From positions 1 through 64,000 of the IMG/VR virus record IMGVR_UViG_3300043419_000787: DNA of 64,000 bases. The stretch is one strand, 5' to 3'. The stretch is from a virus. Below the pieces are notes generated by a model. It ran no database searches and had not been told where the DNA came from. It saw nothing but the letters and a program-made list of their open reading frames with translations. The translations under genes were made by a program, and so were the position numbers. Every line of letters starts with the position of its first letter. Position 1 is the first letter of the stretch. Of the stretch, positions 1 to 9,101 are shown piece after piece.

Positions 1-525
1 AGAAACGGATGCGATTGCTGGAATATCCCAATGTACCGCACATCCATTATTTCCGCAATATTGATTTGTATTATATGTACCCCACCCGTTTCCGGTTGTA
101 GGCAATGCATTAACCGTCGGGTTAGGAATTAAATTAGTTGTTGGTTGACTATTAACAAAACTAGAAGTATGTGCAGCGTCCATACTTAAAACTAGACCAT
201 TTGTTACTATATTTTCAATTGGTTTATTTAATACAACATGAGTTGCTTGACTTGCAAACCAATTTAATGCAGCACTTGCACTGCCAACGTTAGCACCTAA
301 ACCATTAGCTTTACCAACCAATTGGGTTTCGTTTGCCGCAGCATAGACTCCATTAGGGCTATAGATTGTATAACCTCCAGATGGTATATTAGCGCCATTA
401 TAGAAACCAGTTACCGAACTTGGTCCATCTCCTATATTGTTTGGAGTTGTATCAATTGCCCAGTTACCTTTAAAGATAGAATTAGGCTCTGAACCTGTTT
501 TATTATATTTGAATTTATTTGGCAT
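1..525 (-). CDS. Partial paralog of the downstream fibre-like gene; N-terminal part, continues beyond window
   Basis: Start region at ~500-525 is near-identical at DNA level to the start of ORF 547..2583 (same MPNKFKYNKTG N-terminus). N/G/S/T-rich reading frame is open to the window edge. Similarity between 180-520 and 2240-2580. Confidence 0.5.
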   Translation of the reverse strand, partial: MPNKFKYNKTGSEPNSIFKGNWAIDTTPNNIGDGPSSVTGFYNGANIPSGGYTIYSPNGVYAAANETQLVGKANGLGANVGSASAALNWFASQATHVVLNKPIENIVTNGLVLSMDAAHTSSFVNSQPTTNLIPNPTVNALPTTGNGWGTYNTNQYCGNNGCAVHWDIPAIASVS

Positions 526-546
526 TACAATATTTATCGATTATTT

Positions 547-2583
547 TTATATTCCAAATCTATTTCGTTGAGCATTGAAATTTTGTGTTACTTGGTCTTG
601 ATTCATTGTGATATAATTAATTTGAACGCTTGCAATACTACCATCAAATGATGATCCTGCCCAAGAACGACCAATTACATCTATTGCATTTGATGAACTT
701 AATTGTGCATCTATAGTAGAATCAAATACGCCATCAACATATAAATTCATATTACCATTTCCTATATTTGCCCATGTCAACAGATGCCATTTATTATCAT
801 TCACTGTTTTAAGACCCCGATGTGTTTGCCATGAATTATTATAATGTGTATATGCAATACGACCATTATTAACTTGAAGGTTTGAGTAAACTGGACCGCC
901 GTTTGAATTAGAAAGAATTCCACCACCATACTCAACTGCTGCTGTTGTAGTTGTTTTAATCCAGGCGTTAACAGTCCAGTTAACATTCTGGTTTAAGCTA
1001 AATGAATAAAGTGATCCTTCAATAAAAATAGCATCGTCAGAACCGTCGAATGTCCAATGACCGCCATTAGCTTTATTAAAGCCAACTCCGTTTGTAAGAG
1101 TTGCATATTTAGAACCTGCTAAATTATATGCTGTCGTAGATCCAGATTCATAAGAAACTAAATTACCAGCGTCCCACATATAAGTTAAACCTGATGTTAC
1201 TATTGGACCTTTGTAATAATTTTGAGGAATTTCGGTTGAGGATAATACTCGGTTATATACTTGAATTGATGATATCGATCCTGCCATTTGTCCTAAAGTC
1301 CATGTAGCACCTTGTCCTGATGGAGTAGATGTATTATTAGGACCGGCTGAGTTTCCTATTAAAATTCCGTTTTTATAAATTTGTCTAAGACCTGTAGAAT
1401 TATCAAACAAATATGTTAAATGATTCCATCCTGTACCTCCAATATAACCACTTCCGTATGTGTAATAATCATTGGCACCTCCATTTAAATATAAAAGAGG
1501 TCCAGCATTATACCAATCAGCGGCAACTCCATTATTTAATCCATTAGGTCCTATAATATATTGAGGACCACCAGTACCCGCATTTAATTTAACTAAAGCA
1601 GTCACAGACCATACCTGACTTAAATTAGATTGATTTAATGGATTTAAAATTGAAATATAATCATCATTACCGTCAAATACGATATATCCATTAGAGTTAA
1701 ATGTAGGTCCGTTTGTTAAAGTTCCGTGTTTGTTATTACCTGATAAATCATATAATGGCGAACTTTGCGTTCTTGTACCATTCACAAATGCAGTAACATA
1801 AGATTTTTGCTCTACCTGAGGATTAAATAAAGTTACTGATCCTCTTGATGAAAGATCAATATCTAAGAAATAATAAGGACCATCATAAGTTGGTCGAGAT
1901 GAATAACCTGCTAGTCTTCCGGATTGTTGGCTAGAAGAATTAACACCGGTTATTCCAACATCGCACCAATCAAACCATATAGTTCCATATAAATTTTCAA
2001 AATATACGCTACATGCATAAGTTGCTCCATTTATAAGACTTGCTTGGTTAGTGTATAATCTTATAGTAGTTGCTCCTGCACCATTATTTACAAATCTAAA
2101 TTTACCACCTCCTAAGTCTGTTTTGCTACAGTTTCCGTAGATGTCTCCTGCTCCATTTGTGAAATTTACAGCGCCTGAACTATATAGCAAATTTACAGTT
2201 GGTTCATTATCAACAAAACTAGAAATATTTGAAGCATCAACGTTTAAAACTAAGTTACTTGTTACTATATTTTCAAAATTCTTATTTAAGACAATATATG
2301 TAGATTGACTTGACAACCAAGATAATGCGCCATTAACGCTTCCGGTCTCTCCTCCTAATTGACTAACTATAGCCAATAACTGAGTATCGTCAGCCGCAGT
2401 AAAAACCTTAGTAGGACTGTATATTGTATAACCACCAGCTGGGATATTAGCGCCATGGTAGAAACTTGTTGATGAAGTTGGTCCACCGCCTGTATTTGCT
2501 GGAGTAGTATCTATCGCCCAATTCCCTTTAAAAATAGAATTGGCTTCTGATCCAGTCTTATTATATTTGAATTTATTTGGCAT
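547..2583 (-). CDS. Tail fibre / receptor-binding-like protein with two concanavalin-A/LamG-like domains
   Basis: 678 aa, N/G/S/T-rich. Two FDG(S/N)DD(A/Y)I(F/S)I motifs (NGYIVFDGNDDYISI, WTFDGSDDAIFIEG) typical of LamG jelly-rolls. Upstream ATATATAA late-like motif. Confidence 0.55.
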   Translation of the reverse strand: MPNKFKYNKTGSEANSIFKGNWAIDTTPANTGGGPTSSTSFYHGANIPAGGYTIYSPTKVFTAADDTQLLAIVSQLGGETGSVNGALSWLSSQSTYIVLNKNFENIVTSNLVLNVDASNISSFVDNEPTVNLLYSSGAVNFTNGAGDIYGNCSKTDLGGGKFRFVNNGAGATTIRLYTNQASLINGATYACSVYFENLYGTIWFDWCDVGITGVNSSSQQSGRLAGYSSRPTYDGPYYFLDIDLSSRGSVTLFNPQVEQKSYVTAFVNGTRTQSSPLYDLSGNNKHGTLTNGPTFNSNGYIVFDGNDDYISILNPLNQSNLSQVWSVTALVKLNAGTGGPQYIIGPNGLNNGVAADWYNAGPLLYLNGGANDYYTYGSGYIGGTGWNHLTYLFDNSTGLRQIYKNGILIGNSAGPNNTSTPSGQGATWTLGQMAGSISSIQVYNRVLSSTEIPQNYYKGPIVTSGLTYMWDAGNLVSYESGSTTAYNLAGSKYATLTNGVGFNKANGGHWTFDGSDDAIFIEGSLYSFSLNQNVNWTVNAWIKTTTTAAVEYGGGILSNSNGGPVYSNLQVNNGRIAYTHYNNSWQTHRGLKTVNDNKWHLLTWANIGNGNMNLYVDGVFDSTIDAQLSSSNAIDVIGRSWAGSSFDGSIASVQINYITMNQDQVTQNFNAQRNRFGI

Positions 2584-2666
2584 TATGCGGTAATATCCTA
2601 TTTTTAAATTTATATATTTTCAATTTTATTTAAAAATCGGCGCATTCAATGCCTTTTAGGATTATT

Positions 2667-2909
2667 TTAGTCTACTGTGTCGTATTTTTTAAGCTTGTAT
2701 TTTTTTAAATACGTTGCTATACAACTTTCACCAACACAGACTTCATCAAAAACGTACTCATACGGTAACAGCGGTTTTCTCTTTTCTGTTGTAATAATAT
2801 CATCAACCAAATGGTTTTTGAATACAACCATCTTATGTGTCTTTGCTCTCTCCGATACTCGATAAACGACTATCACTGGAGGTTTGCTGTTCTTTTCTGA
2901 AATGCTCAT
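2667..2909 (-). CDS. Hypothetical small protein
   Basis: 80 aa ORF co-oriented with neighbours. Overlapping plus-strand ORF 2677..2865 judged less likely. Confidence 0.3.
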   Translation of the reverse strand: MSISEKNSKPPVIVVYRVSERAKTHKMVVFKNHLVDDIITTEKRKPLLPYEYVFDEVCVGESCIATYLKKYKLKKYDTVD

Positions 2910-2962
2910 GATTTTGTTTTGTAATCCATTTTGGTTCGTCCCAATAACAAAAGTACCAGCCG

Positions 2963-3583
2963 TTATTTTCCGGCTGGGGTTCCAAAAGATTCTGCAATAA
3001 GGGATTTTCCACGACGGATACGATTTTTGATAGTTTGCAAAGGCAAATTGTACTTATCGGCTAAGTCTTCGTACTTAACTTTATTGATTAAACGATCAAC
3101 TATGATTTCACGATAGATTGGTTTTAATTTCTCCATTGCTTTTAAACAATTATCATAACGTGCTTGTAACTCATTATCTTCGTCAATCAAATCCATTTCT
3201 GTACGGAAATCTAATTCTTCAACCAATGCTCCAATAGTTTCTACCACGACAGTACCACCATCATTAATTTCCAAACCATACTCTTGAAGACGAGTTAAAG
3301 AAGTCTTTTTGTTACGTTCATTGATATAACCTAAACATTCGTTGAATGCAATACGATATAACCAAGTTGTAATTTGGTATTGTGGATCGTATTGGTCAAT
3401 TTTAGTCCAAAGTTTAGTCAAAGTATTAACAACAATATCTTCAGTTGCTTCAGAATCTTTAACGATCTTATTGATATAAGAACGCAATCCTGGTTTAACT
3501 TTACGGTAAAGGGCTGTGAAATCTTTTTCAGATTTAGTTGCTAAGTAGTTTTCTGTTAATTCTCTGTAAGTTAATTTTGTCAT
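2963..3583 (-). CDS. Sigma-70 family (ECF-like) RNA polymerase sigma factor
   Basis: 206 aa. Region-2-like segment (ITTWLYRIAFNECLGYINER) and C-terminal region-4 HTH (EDLADKYNLPLQTIKNRIRRGKSLI). Confidence 0.75.
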   Translation of the reverse strand: MTKLTYRELTENYLATKSEKDFTALYRKVKPGLRSYINKIVKDSEATEDIVVNTLTKLWTKIDQYDPQYQITTWLYRIAFNECLGYINERNKKTSLTRLQEYGLEINDGGTVVVETIGALVEELDFRTEMDLIDEDNELQARYDNCLKAMEKLKPIYREIIVDRLINKVKYEDLADKYNLPLQTIKNRIRRGKSLIAESFGTPAGK

Positions 3584-3607
3584 GATGAGTTATTGTTTTA
3601 ATTAATG

Positions 3608-3690
3608 ATATGTAAATATAAACATAATTTTTCAAACGGTAAAACTTTTTTGTGATTATTTCAAAAAAGTTATTAACATTTTCACAACTA
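3608..3690 (-). promoter_or_regulatory. Tripartite repeated promoter-like element (type A), upstream of the sigma factor gene
   Basis: Plus-strand boxes TATGTAAATATAAACA, TTTTCAAACGGTAAAACTTTT and GTGATTATTTCAAAAAAGTTATTAACA. Near-identical copies at 10609, 14780, 15909, 17605; partial at 21294. Confidence 0.55.
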
Positions 3691-3691
3691 G

Positions 3692-4216
3692 TTAACTCTC
3701 AATATCATTAAAAAGATCCATTATAGAATCTAAAGACTTAGGCTTGTAGCTCCAGAAGTCACAGGAAACATTGACCATTCTCTTCTTGTGGTCTGTTTTG
3801 TATTTCTTATTAGGATAACCAAAGAAATGGTAATATCCTTTGCTCTTTCCAGGCCATTCATGGAGAGGCCAGTATGAAAGAGATATTTTGTCAGCCGATG
3901 AACTAAAAAGAGGTTCAATCAGGGCTGCATGATGTGGCATAACTTTACGTTTAGTCAAATCAACTATGGCATTATCATGTTCTCCTTGAACAAAAATAAT
4001 TGTACCATTTAGTTTTTTAATAACGTCTTCGGCTGTAGTAGGATCCCATGCAAAATTACCTAACACATAGACAATATCGTCAAGTTTAACAGTTGAATTC
4101 CATGAAGCAATTAGAGATTGATTCATGTCCTCAACATTCTCGAATGGTCGTGCAAAATCACGAATAGCGCTTGGTCGACCAAACTGCTGGTTAGATGTAA
4201 AATATATTGTTGGCAT
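3692..4216 (-). CDS. Hypothetical protein, possible small phosphoesterase-like
   Basis: 174 aa. Weak GNF..D / VQGEHD motifs reminiscent of a calcineurin-like fold, but not convincing. Confidence 0.3.
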   Translation of the reverse strand: MPTIYFTSNQQFGRPSAIRDFARPFENVEDMNQSLIASWNSTVKLDDIVYVLGNFAWDPTTAEDVIKKLNGTIIFVQGEHDNAIVDLTKRKVMPHHAALIEPLFSSSADKISLSYWPLHEWPGKSKGYYHFFGYPNKKYKTDHKKRMVNVSCDFWSYKPKSLDSIMDLFNDIES

Positions 4217-4755
4217 TAAACTACTATAAATTTGATATTGAAATTATCCCATAAATTTTCTAAGAATTTCTCTTCAGAAATTCCAGTTTTTGCATTCTTA
4301 ATTCTGTTGTCGTCTGAGCAATCAATAAACATGTAAATAATAAAATCGTAAACGGTAGAATAAACTAAACTTTGACCAAATCCAGCACGTAAATCAGATC
4401 CTCGGTCTCCACGTTTAATTTCAATTGCAATTTTAACTCCGCTGTACTCAATACTCATATCTGGTCGATTTGAAGTACCCATGAAAATCATGTTATGTAC
4501 TGTAGTATTGACGTTACCTTCCCATTTTAACAATGATTTAGCTTTTTCTCTAGCTAAAGATTTGTCCATGTCTTTTTTCTCGGCAATAAAATTACCTAGA
4601 CTTTCGACTAGATGTGGGTAGATAAATTGCTTAATTTTATCTTCTGACTGTTTTTTATAATTGATAGTTCCGAAGACATCTTTGGTAGAAATGCCTTCGG
4701 AAATAATATCAACTAATTCGATTCTATTCTTTGATTTACTTGCTAGTTTCATCAA
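4216..4755 (-). CDS. Hypothetical protein, possible PD-(D/E)XK nuclease-like core
   Basis: 179 aa. RPDMSIEYSGVKIAIEIKRG has a PD...ExK spacing. Confidence 0.3.
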   Translation of the reverse strand: MMKLASKSKNRIELVDIISEGISTKDVFGTINYKKQSEDKIKQFIYPHLVESLGNFIAEKKDMDKSLAREKAKSLLKWEGNVNTTVHNMIFMGTSNRPDMSIEYSGVKIAIEIKRGDRGSDLRAGFGQSLVYSTVYDFIIYMFIDCSDDNRIKNAKTGISEEKFLENLWDNFNIKFIVV

Positions 4756-5314
4756 TTAATTCTTGAGCTGGTTCTTCAACAACAGGCTCTTCAGCAGGAA
4801 GTTCAAAATCAGCAATTCTTTTATCTAGTTCTCCTAGTTCAGCATGTAGAGCTTGAACTTTTTTGTTCTCTTCAGCCATTTCTTTCATAGCTTCTGAAAT
4901 TTGAGCACCGATGTTTGTTAACAATTTAATGTAGTTACGAGCTGACTCGATTCCAGTACTTTGTACGCTTAACAAAGATTGGTACAATGTATTTAGGTCA
5001 ATTGGCTTTAAATAGATTGTTGAAGCCTCTCCAGCTTCTAGTTCACGTTTTTCTTGTTTAGCAGCATTTTCTTCAAGAGTAAGTCTTTGCTTTTCAACTT
5101 TTAAGTTGTCATTAAGATTTACCAATAGTGCTGCATTTTTAGAACTCCAAGCAACGTCTTTATTTAAGTGGTTAATAACTTTAGTGATGTTTTGAGTTGA
5201 TTCAAAATCAATTGCAAATTCTTTCTGAGCCAATTCAGTTTGAAAATCTGCAACATTCACTTCTAATTCATTACGAAGAGTTTTCAATTCTTCTAGAGTT
5301 GTTTCTTTTGCCAT
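4736..5314 (-). CDS. Hypothetical coiled-coil protein
   Basis: 192 aa, charged and helical composition, no recognisable catalytic motif. Confidence 0.4.
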   Translation of the reverse strand: MAKETTLEELKTLRNELEVNVADFQTELAQKEFAIDFESTQNITKVINHLNKDVAWSSKNAALLVNLNDNLKVEKQRLTLEENAAKQEKRELEAGEASTIYLKPIDLNTLYQSLLSVQSTGIESARNYIKLLTNIGAQISEAMKEMAEENKKVQALHAELGELDKRIADFELPAEEPVVEEPAQELIDETSK

Positions 5315-5338
5315 GTGTAATTATTTATGTTTTATATA

Positions 5339-5818
5339 TTAAAATTTTGGGTTGTTTATCCGGCAGTCGTAGTTTGTAAAACCTTCGTACTGTTTCTCAT
5401 CTGCTGCAATTCTGCGTTCCCATGGATCGTGAGTATCTCCACGTCCTGCTAAACGCTCAGCTCTTACTTCAAATGGTATATCTAAGTAAATAACAAAACA
5501 TCTTTGACGATATTCGTCTGGTAGCATCGCTAGACCTTCGACATTAAGAATCATTGAATCGCAACGTTCAAATTCGTCTTTATGAATTCCATAATAGAAT
5601 CCAACGAACTCTTGCCATTCAACCAACTGATCACTGTCGATCATCTTCTTGAACTCTTCAACGGTGGTGAAATGATAATCAACACCATCTACTTCTCCAA
5701 CCCTAGGTGGTCGGGTAGTGTGGGAGACACCATATTTAAATCCTCTATCAATTAATATTTTTCGGAAATGATCTTTGCCTGAAGCGGCCTTACCTACTAA
5801 TACGATTTTACTATCCAT
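5339..5818 (-). CDS. Guanylate-kinase-like nucleoside monophosphate kinase
   Basis: P-loop GKAASGKD and HTTRPPRVGEVDGVDYHF, matching the Gmk TTRxPRxGExDGxDYxF signature. Confidence 0.7.
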   Translation of the reverse strand: MDSKIVLVGKAASGKDHFRKILIDRGFKYGVSHTTRPPRVGEVDGVDYHFTTVEEFKKMIDSDQLVEWQEFVGFYYGIHKDEFERCDSMILNVEGLAMLPDEYRQRCFVIYLDIPFEVRAERLAGRGDTHDPWERRIAADEKQYEGFTNYDCRINNPKF

Positions 5819-5847
5819 ACTTATTATATTGGGTTATTTGTTTTTGT

Positions 5848-6645
5848 TTAATTCCATTTTGGGTCATACCAAAATCTACGACCTTTTCCATTGTTATCAA
5901 TCATGGTTGCCATTGTAGGATTTCCATAACATAACATGAATTCTTTCCATCCTTGTCTAACATCTTCAACCGTTTCAAATATAAATGGGTTCTTCCAATC
6001 TTTGAGTTCTCCACCACCAAGTAGGTAAGCTGTTTCTGGAATAGTTCTACACAAACTGAAAATGTTGGTGTGTTTGGTTAAAGCTTCTCTTGCTGACATG
6101 AAAGGATTAATATCCATTCGATACAAGATTTCAGCTCTAAGATAATTACCAATTCCATTGAACCATTTTTGATTCATTAGTACTTCACAAATTGGTTTGT
6201 CAAAATCTTTTTTATGTAGATTTGCTTTTACGTTTCTGACAAAATCTTGAAATTGTTGAGTTGGATCTGGACCTCTATTGTCCGACCAATCTTCAACTAG
6301 TTTCCATTTACCAAATCGACGAACATCTACAAAATCAAGCGATCCGTCTGCGGATTGAAATCTTAAATGTGAATGCTTTGAAATGACTCCAGGTTCGACC
6401 CAATTAAAATGACCAGACATTCCCATTGTCATTAACAATTTAACTTGATGTTGTGAATTAACTTGTGTTAAGGTTAACATTAACTCTTTACCACGGCTTT
6501 CGGCAGAAATAGTAAAACCATTGAATGGAATTTCTACCTCCTTGCCTTTATGGACTGGATTCTTTTTAACGCTGGTAAAAACTCGATTTTGAGCTTCTTG
6601 ATTAATATAATCAGCGGTTAGTCTAAGTTCTGCTAATTCTGGCAT
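5848..6645 (-). CDS. Nei/Fpg-family DNA glycosylase/AP lyase (endonuclease VIII-like), zinc-less C-terminus
   Basis: MPELAEL N-terminus (Pro2/Glu3 catalytic arrangement). H2TH motif NGIGNYLRAEILYRMDINP. 265 aa. No C-terminal C4 zinc finger. Confidence 0.75.
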   Translation of the reverse strand: MPELAELRLTADYINQEAQNRVFTSVKKNPVHKGKEVEIPFNGFTISAESRGKELMLTLTQVNSQHQVKLLMTMGMSGHFNWVEPGVISKHSHLRFQSADGSLDFVDVRRFGKWKLVEDWSDNRGPDPTQQFQDFVRNVKANLHKKDFDKPICEVLMNQKWFNGIGNYLRAEILYRMDINPFMSAREALTKHTNIFSLCRTIPETAYLLGGGELKDWKNPFIFETVEDVRQGWKEFMLCYGNPTMATMIDNNGKGRRFWYDPKWN

Positions 6646-6646
6646 A

Positions 6647-6871
6647 TTATTTTTTTGGGTTTATTAGTCCTACAATAACATAAACTAATGCAATCGGCCA
6701 AATTAGACAGATAATAGTTCTCTCGTAATTTGTCAAGCGATACTCTTCAGCACTAATTGAACTAATCATTAAATCAGCAATTAGATTAACTAATATACCA
6801 ATTCCAATATACATTACTAAATCATTAAAAATATTCATGCGGAGTTTCCTTTGGTTTCCACCAGTCTTCAA
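6647..6871 (-). CDS. Small membrane protein (2 TM)
   Basis: 74 aa with two hydrophobic helices. Confidence 0.4.
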   Translation of the reverse strand: MKTGGNQRKLRMNIFNDLVMYIGIGILVNLIADLMISSISAEEYRLTNYERTIICLIWPIALVYVIVGLINPKK

Positions 6872-7256
6872 ATATTGCTACTATGTTTTTTTCTTCAAAT
6901 GCTTTTTCAGCACAAGGTTTACAGCAAGTTGTAATCCATCCTCTGGTTCGGCCAATCTGTTCTTTAGTTCCACAAGTTTCACAAATGTCATAAGAATCTC
7001 CTTCGGCTTTTTGAATTATATTCCAGATTGTTTCATTACCTGAACCAATATAGAATCTCAATCCACCAAATTTCTCTTTAGACTGGTGAAGTTCTCCATC
7101 CCATCCAGCAGCTAAACAATCTTTAATTAATTGGGCAGTTAAATCATACCAACCCTCGCTAAATGAAAAGAAATATGCAGAGTCTATTCTCCTTCCATTC
7201 CAACCTGTTAGAGTAACTTCATTCTGTAAGAAGTTATCAAATTCCTCTCTAGTCAT
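6825..7256 (-). CDS. Hypothetical Cys-rich (zinc-binding?) protein
   Basis: 143 aa, CETCG...CCKPC cysteine cluster. Confidence 0.4.
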   Translation of the reverse strand: MTREEFDNFLQNEVTLTGWNGRRIDSAYFFSFSEGWYDLTAQLIKDCLAAGWDGELHQSKEKFGGLRFYIGSGNETIWNIIQKAEGDSYDICETCGTKEQIGRTRGWITTCCKPCAEKAFEEKNIVAIFEDWWKPKETPHEYF

Positions 7257-7687
7257 ATTGAATTATTTAATATAGTCTTATATTCGTCAGACGTTATTTG
7301 TTTACTACCAAGTGTGATCCGCTTCATTGTAACTGCACGTTCATATATTCTATCAATCACTAATTGGTTAGCCTCATTGGTTCCATGCCAATCCTGGTAT
7401 AACTCCAGTCGACCATTTAGTCGTTCATCATTCCATTCGATATTTGCAGCAAATTCTCGGTTTAATAACTCTTGCCGGAGCTGATCGAATCTGGAATGAA
7501 TATATTTCAGCTTATTATAAAAGAACTTAACATGTCCTGTTCCTAATGTGAATTGCTTAGGTAACTTTGACGGGTCGACTGGATTCTTTGTAGCCAACGC
7601 TGTAGTTCTTAATATCTCTCGATATTCGGCTACAAGGTGTTGGTCACAAAGAGCAGCAGGTGGAATTGTTGCGTTAATTCTAGTCAT
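7253..7687 (-). CDS. denV: Pyrimidine-dimer DNA glycosylase (T4 endonuclease V / DenV family)
   Basis: N-terminus MTRINATIPPAALCDQHLVAEYREI closely parallels T4 endoV [23 protein letters not shown]. 144 aa, matching the ~138 aa family size. Confidence 0.85.
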   Translation of the reverse strand: MTRINATIPPAALCDQHLVAEYREILRTTALATKNPVDPSKLPKQFTLGTGHVKFFYNKLKYIHSRFDQLRQELLNREFAANIEWNDERLNGRLELYQDWHGTNEANQLVIDRIYERAVTMKRITLGSKQITSDEYKTILNNSI

Positions 7688-8031
7688 TAGATTTTACCTA
7701 AGGTTCTACGATAATTTGTAGCTGCTCTGTAGATAATATCCATACGATCTTCATGGTTCGATACTAGAATACGTTCTGTTTTTGTAGAACTATAAAGATT
7801 TCCATCCCATCCAGTATATGTTATTGGAACTTGTCTAGTTTTATTCAACTGATAAACGGTGTTAATCACATTACCACGCCAATTTCTACCAGAATATTTA
7901 CGACGAACATAACCACTTTCATAACTCATATAATCGCAATTTGCAATTGGGTCATAGAAACATACGGTTCCGTTGTCAGCTTGTCTTTGACTTGTTACTT
8001 CAATTAATCTAAGTGATTGTGCTTTGTTCAT
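7687..8031 (-). CDS. Hypothetical protein
   Basis: 114 aa ORF, tightly packed with neighbours. Confidence 0.4.
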   Translation of the reverse strand: MNKAQSLRLIEVTSQRQADNGTVCFYDPIANCDYMSYESGYVRRKYSGRNWRGNVINTVYQLNKTRQVPITYTGWDGNLYSSTKTERILVSNHEDRMDIIYRAATNYRRTLGKI

Positions 8032-8037
8032 GATATT

Positions 8038-8298
8038 TTATTTTTCGTTAATAATTACTTGACCTTCCATTACTCCGTAACCTGATTTCTCAGTGAAATA
8101 ATAAGTAGTTGCTTTAGTGGTATCTTTTTTGGTTAAAATCCAAAGACTTGCATCTTTACCTTTCCAAGTAACATTTACTAAACGACTACCAGGTTCTAAG
8201 TTAATAACTTCTGTTCCTCCAAATGATCTTGCCATTTGATTGTCGGTACATGATGCTAATGAGATAACTGCAATTGCAATAATAAATAATTTTTTCAT
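8038..8298 (-). CDS. Lipoprotein (signal peptide + lipobox)
   Basis: MKKLFIIAIAVISLASC lipobox. 86 aa. Confidence 0.55.
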   Translation of the reverse strand: MKKLFIIAIAVISLASCTDNQMARSFGGTEVINLEPGSRLVNVTWKGKDASLWILTKKDTTKATTYYFTEKSGYGVMEGQVIINEK

Positions 8299-8318
8299 TT
8301 TGTTAATGTTTTAATGTT

Positions 8319-8375
8319 ATATGTAAATATAAACAAAAAACTCGACATAAAAAAATGCCGAGTGATTTATTTTAA
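8319..8375 (-). promoter_or_regulatory. Repeated promoter-like element, type B variant
   Basis: TATGTAAATATAAACAA ... CTCGACATAAAAAAA ... GAGTGATTTATTTT. Same proximal and distal boxes as type A; middle box replaced. Sibling at 37817. Confidence 0.45.
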
Positions 8376-8377
8376 AT

Positions 8378-8935
8378 TTATTTTACATCTTTCAATTCAG
8401 TTCTTAATCGACCAATTGCAGCATCAAGAGTGTTATAAACCGGAATGTTGTATCGGCTACAAACAATATCTACGTTACCTTTACGCCAAAATCCATCAGG
8501 ACAACAAACAATCATTTTACCAGAATTAGCGTATAAGCCAAGTTCTAATAAGCTAATTGGACTCTTAGTTTCTGGTGAAAAGTACATAAAGATAATATCA
8601 CATACATCTAGCATATTCATTTCCCAATTTACCTGTTTGCTAAATTGTGGATTTGATTCTTTCTGCTCCCAACTAGAATCCCAATCATCTCGACGTGGAT
8701 TTAAGAATGTCAATTTATTTCGATCATTAAACAATTCAGGTATTACTGATTGCCAATCTTCAGCAGCTCCCATTTCAATAGAACCTGCTAAGAAAACTGA
8801 TGTGTCTGTACTAAGATCCCATGTTGGAATACAAGGTGCTTTTACTACTTCCATTACTTTTCTAATTTTTTTGAGATAAACATAAGACCATTCCATGTTA
8901 ATTTTAAAATCATCATAAGCCAAAAGAATGGCCAT
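8378..8935 (-). CDS. Nucleoside 2-deoxyribosyltransferase-like (NDT/DNPH1/Rcl fold) protein
   Basis: VFLAGSIEMG and ISLLELGLYANSGKMIVCC resemble the NDT/Rcl active-site and AxALGKPV regions. Confidence 0.5.
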   Translation of the reverse strand: MAILLAYDDFKINMEWSYVYLKKIRKVMEVVKAPCIPTWDLSTDTSVFLAGSIEMGAAEDWQSVIPELFNDRNKLTFLNPRRDDWDSSWEQKESNPQFSKQVNWEMNMLDVCDIIFMYFSPETKSPISLLELGLYANSGKMIVCCPDGFWRKGNVDIVCSRYNIPVYNTLDAAIGRLRTELKDVK

Positions 8936-9099
8936 GCAAAACTCATAGATACATAAGCTTCTGAATTTGATTCATAATCATCAGGCCATTTATTTTGTGG
9001 ATCTGTATCATAATCATCGATATCTAATTGCCTTTTAAAGGTATGCATCGCCCAAAGCGATGCAAAATACCCTATAATATAGATTGCTAAGAAAATCAT
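8854..9099 (-). CDS. Small membrane protein
   Basis: 81 aa, two hydrophobic segments. Confidence 0.35.
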   Translation of the reverse strand: MIFLAIYIIGYFASLWAMHTFKRQLDIDDYDTDPQNKWPDDYESNSEAYVSMSFAWPFFWLMMILKLTWNGLMFISKKLEK

Positions 9100-9101
9100 G
9101 G

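Noticed and set aside
2584-2666. Weak hairpin GGCGCATTCAATGCC downstream of ORF 2667..2909 as a terminator
   Set aside because: Stem of only 3-5 bp with a tiny loop and no clear T-run; not convincing.
3608-3690. Tested the repeated element against the Bacteroidetes sigma-A consensus (TTTG -33 / TAnnTTTG -7)
   Set aside because: TTTG and TATATTTA-like boxes exist but the spacing (~12 nt) is wrong. I could not assign the promoter class from sequence alone, so it is reported only as promoter-like.
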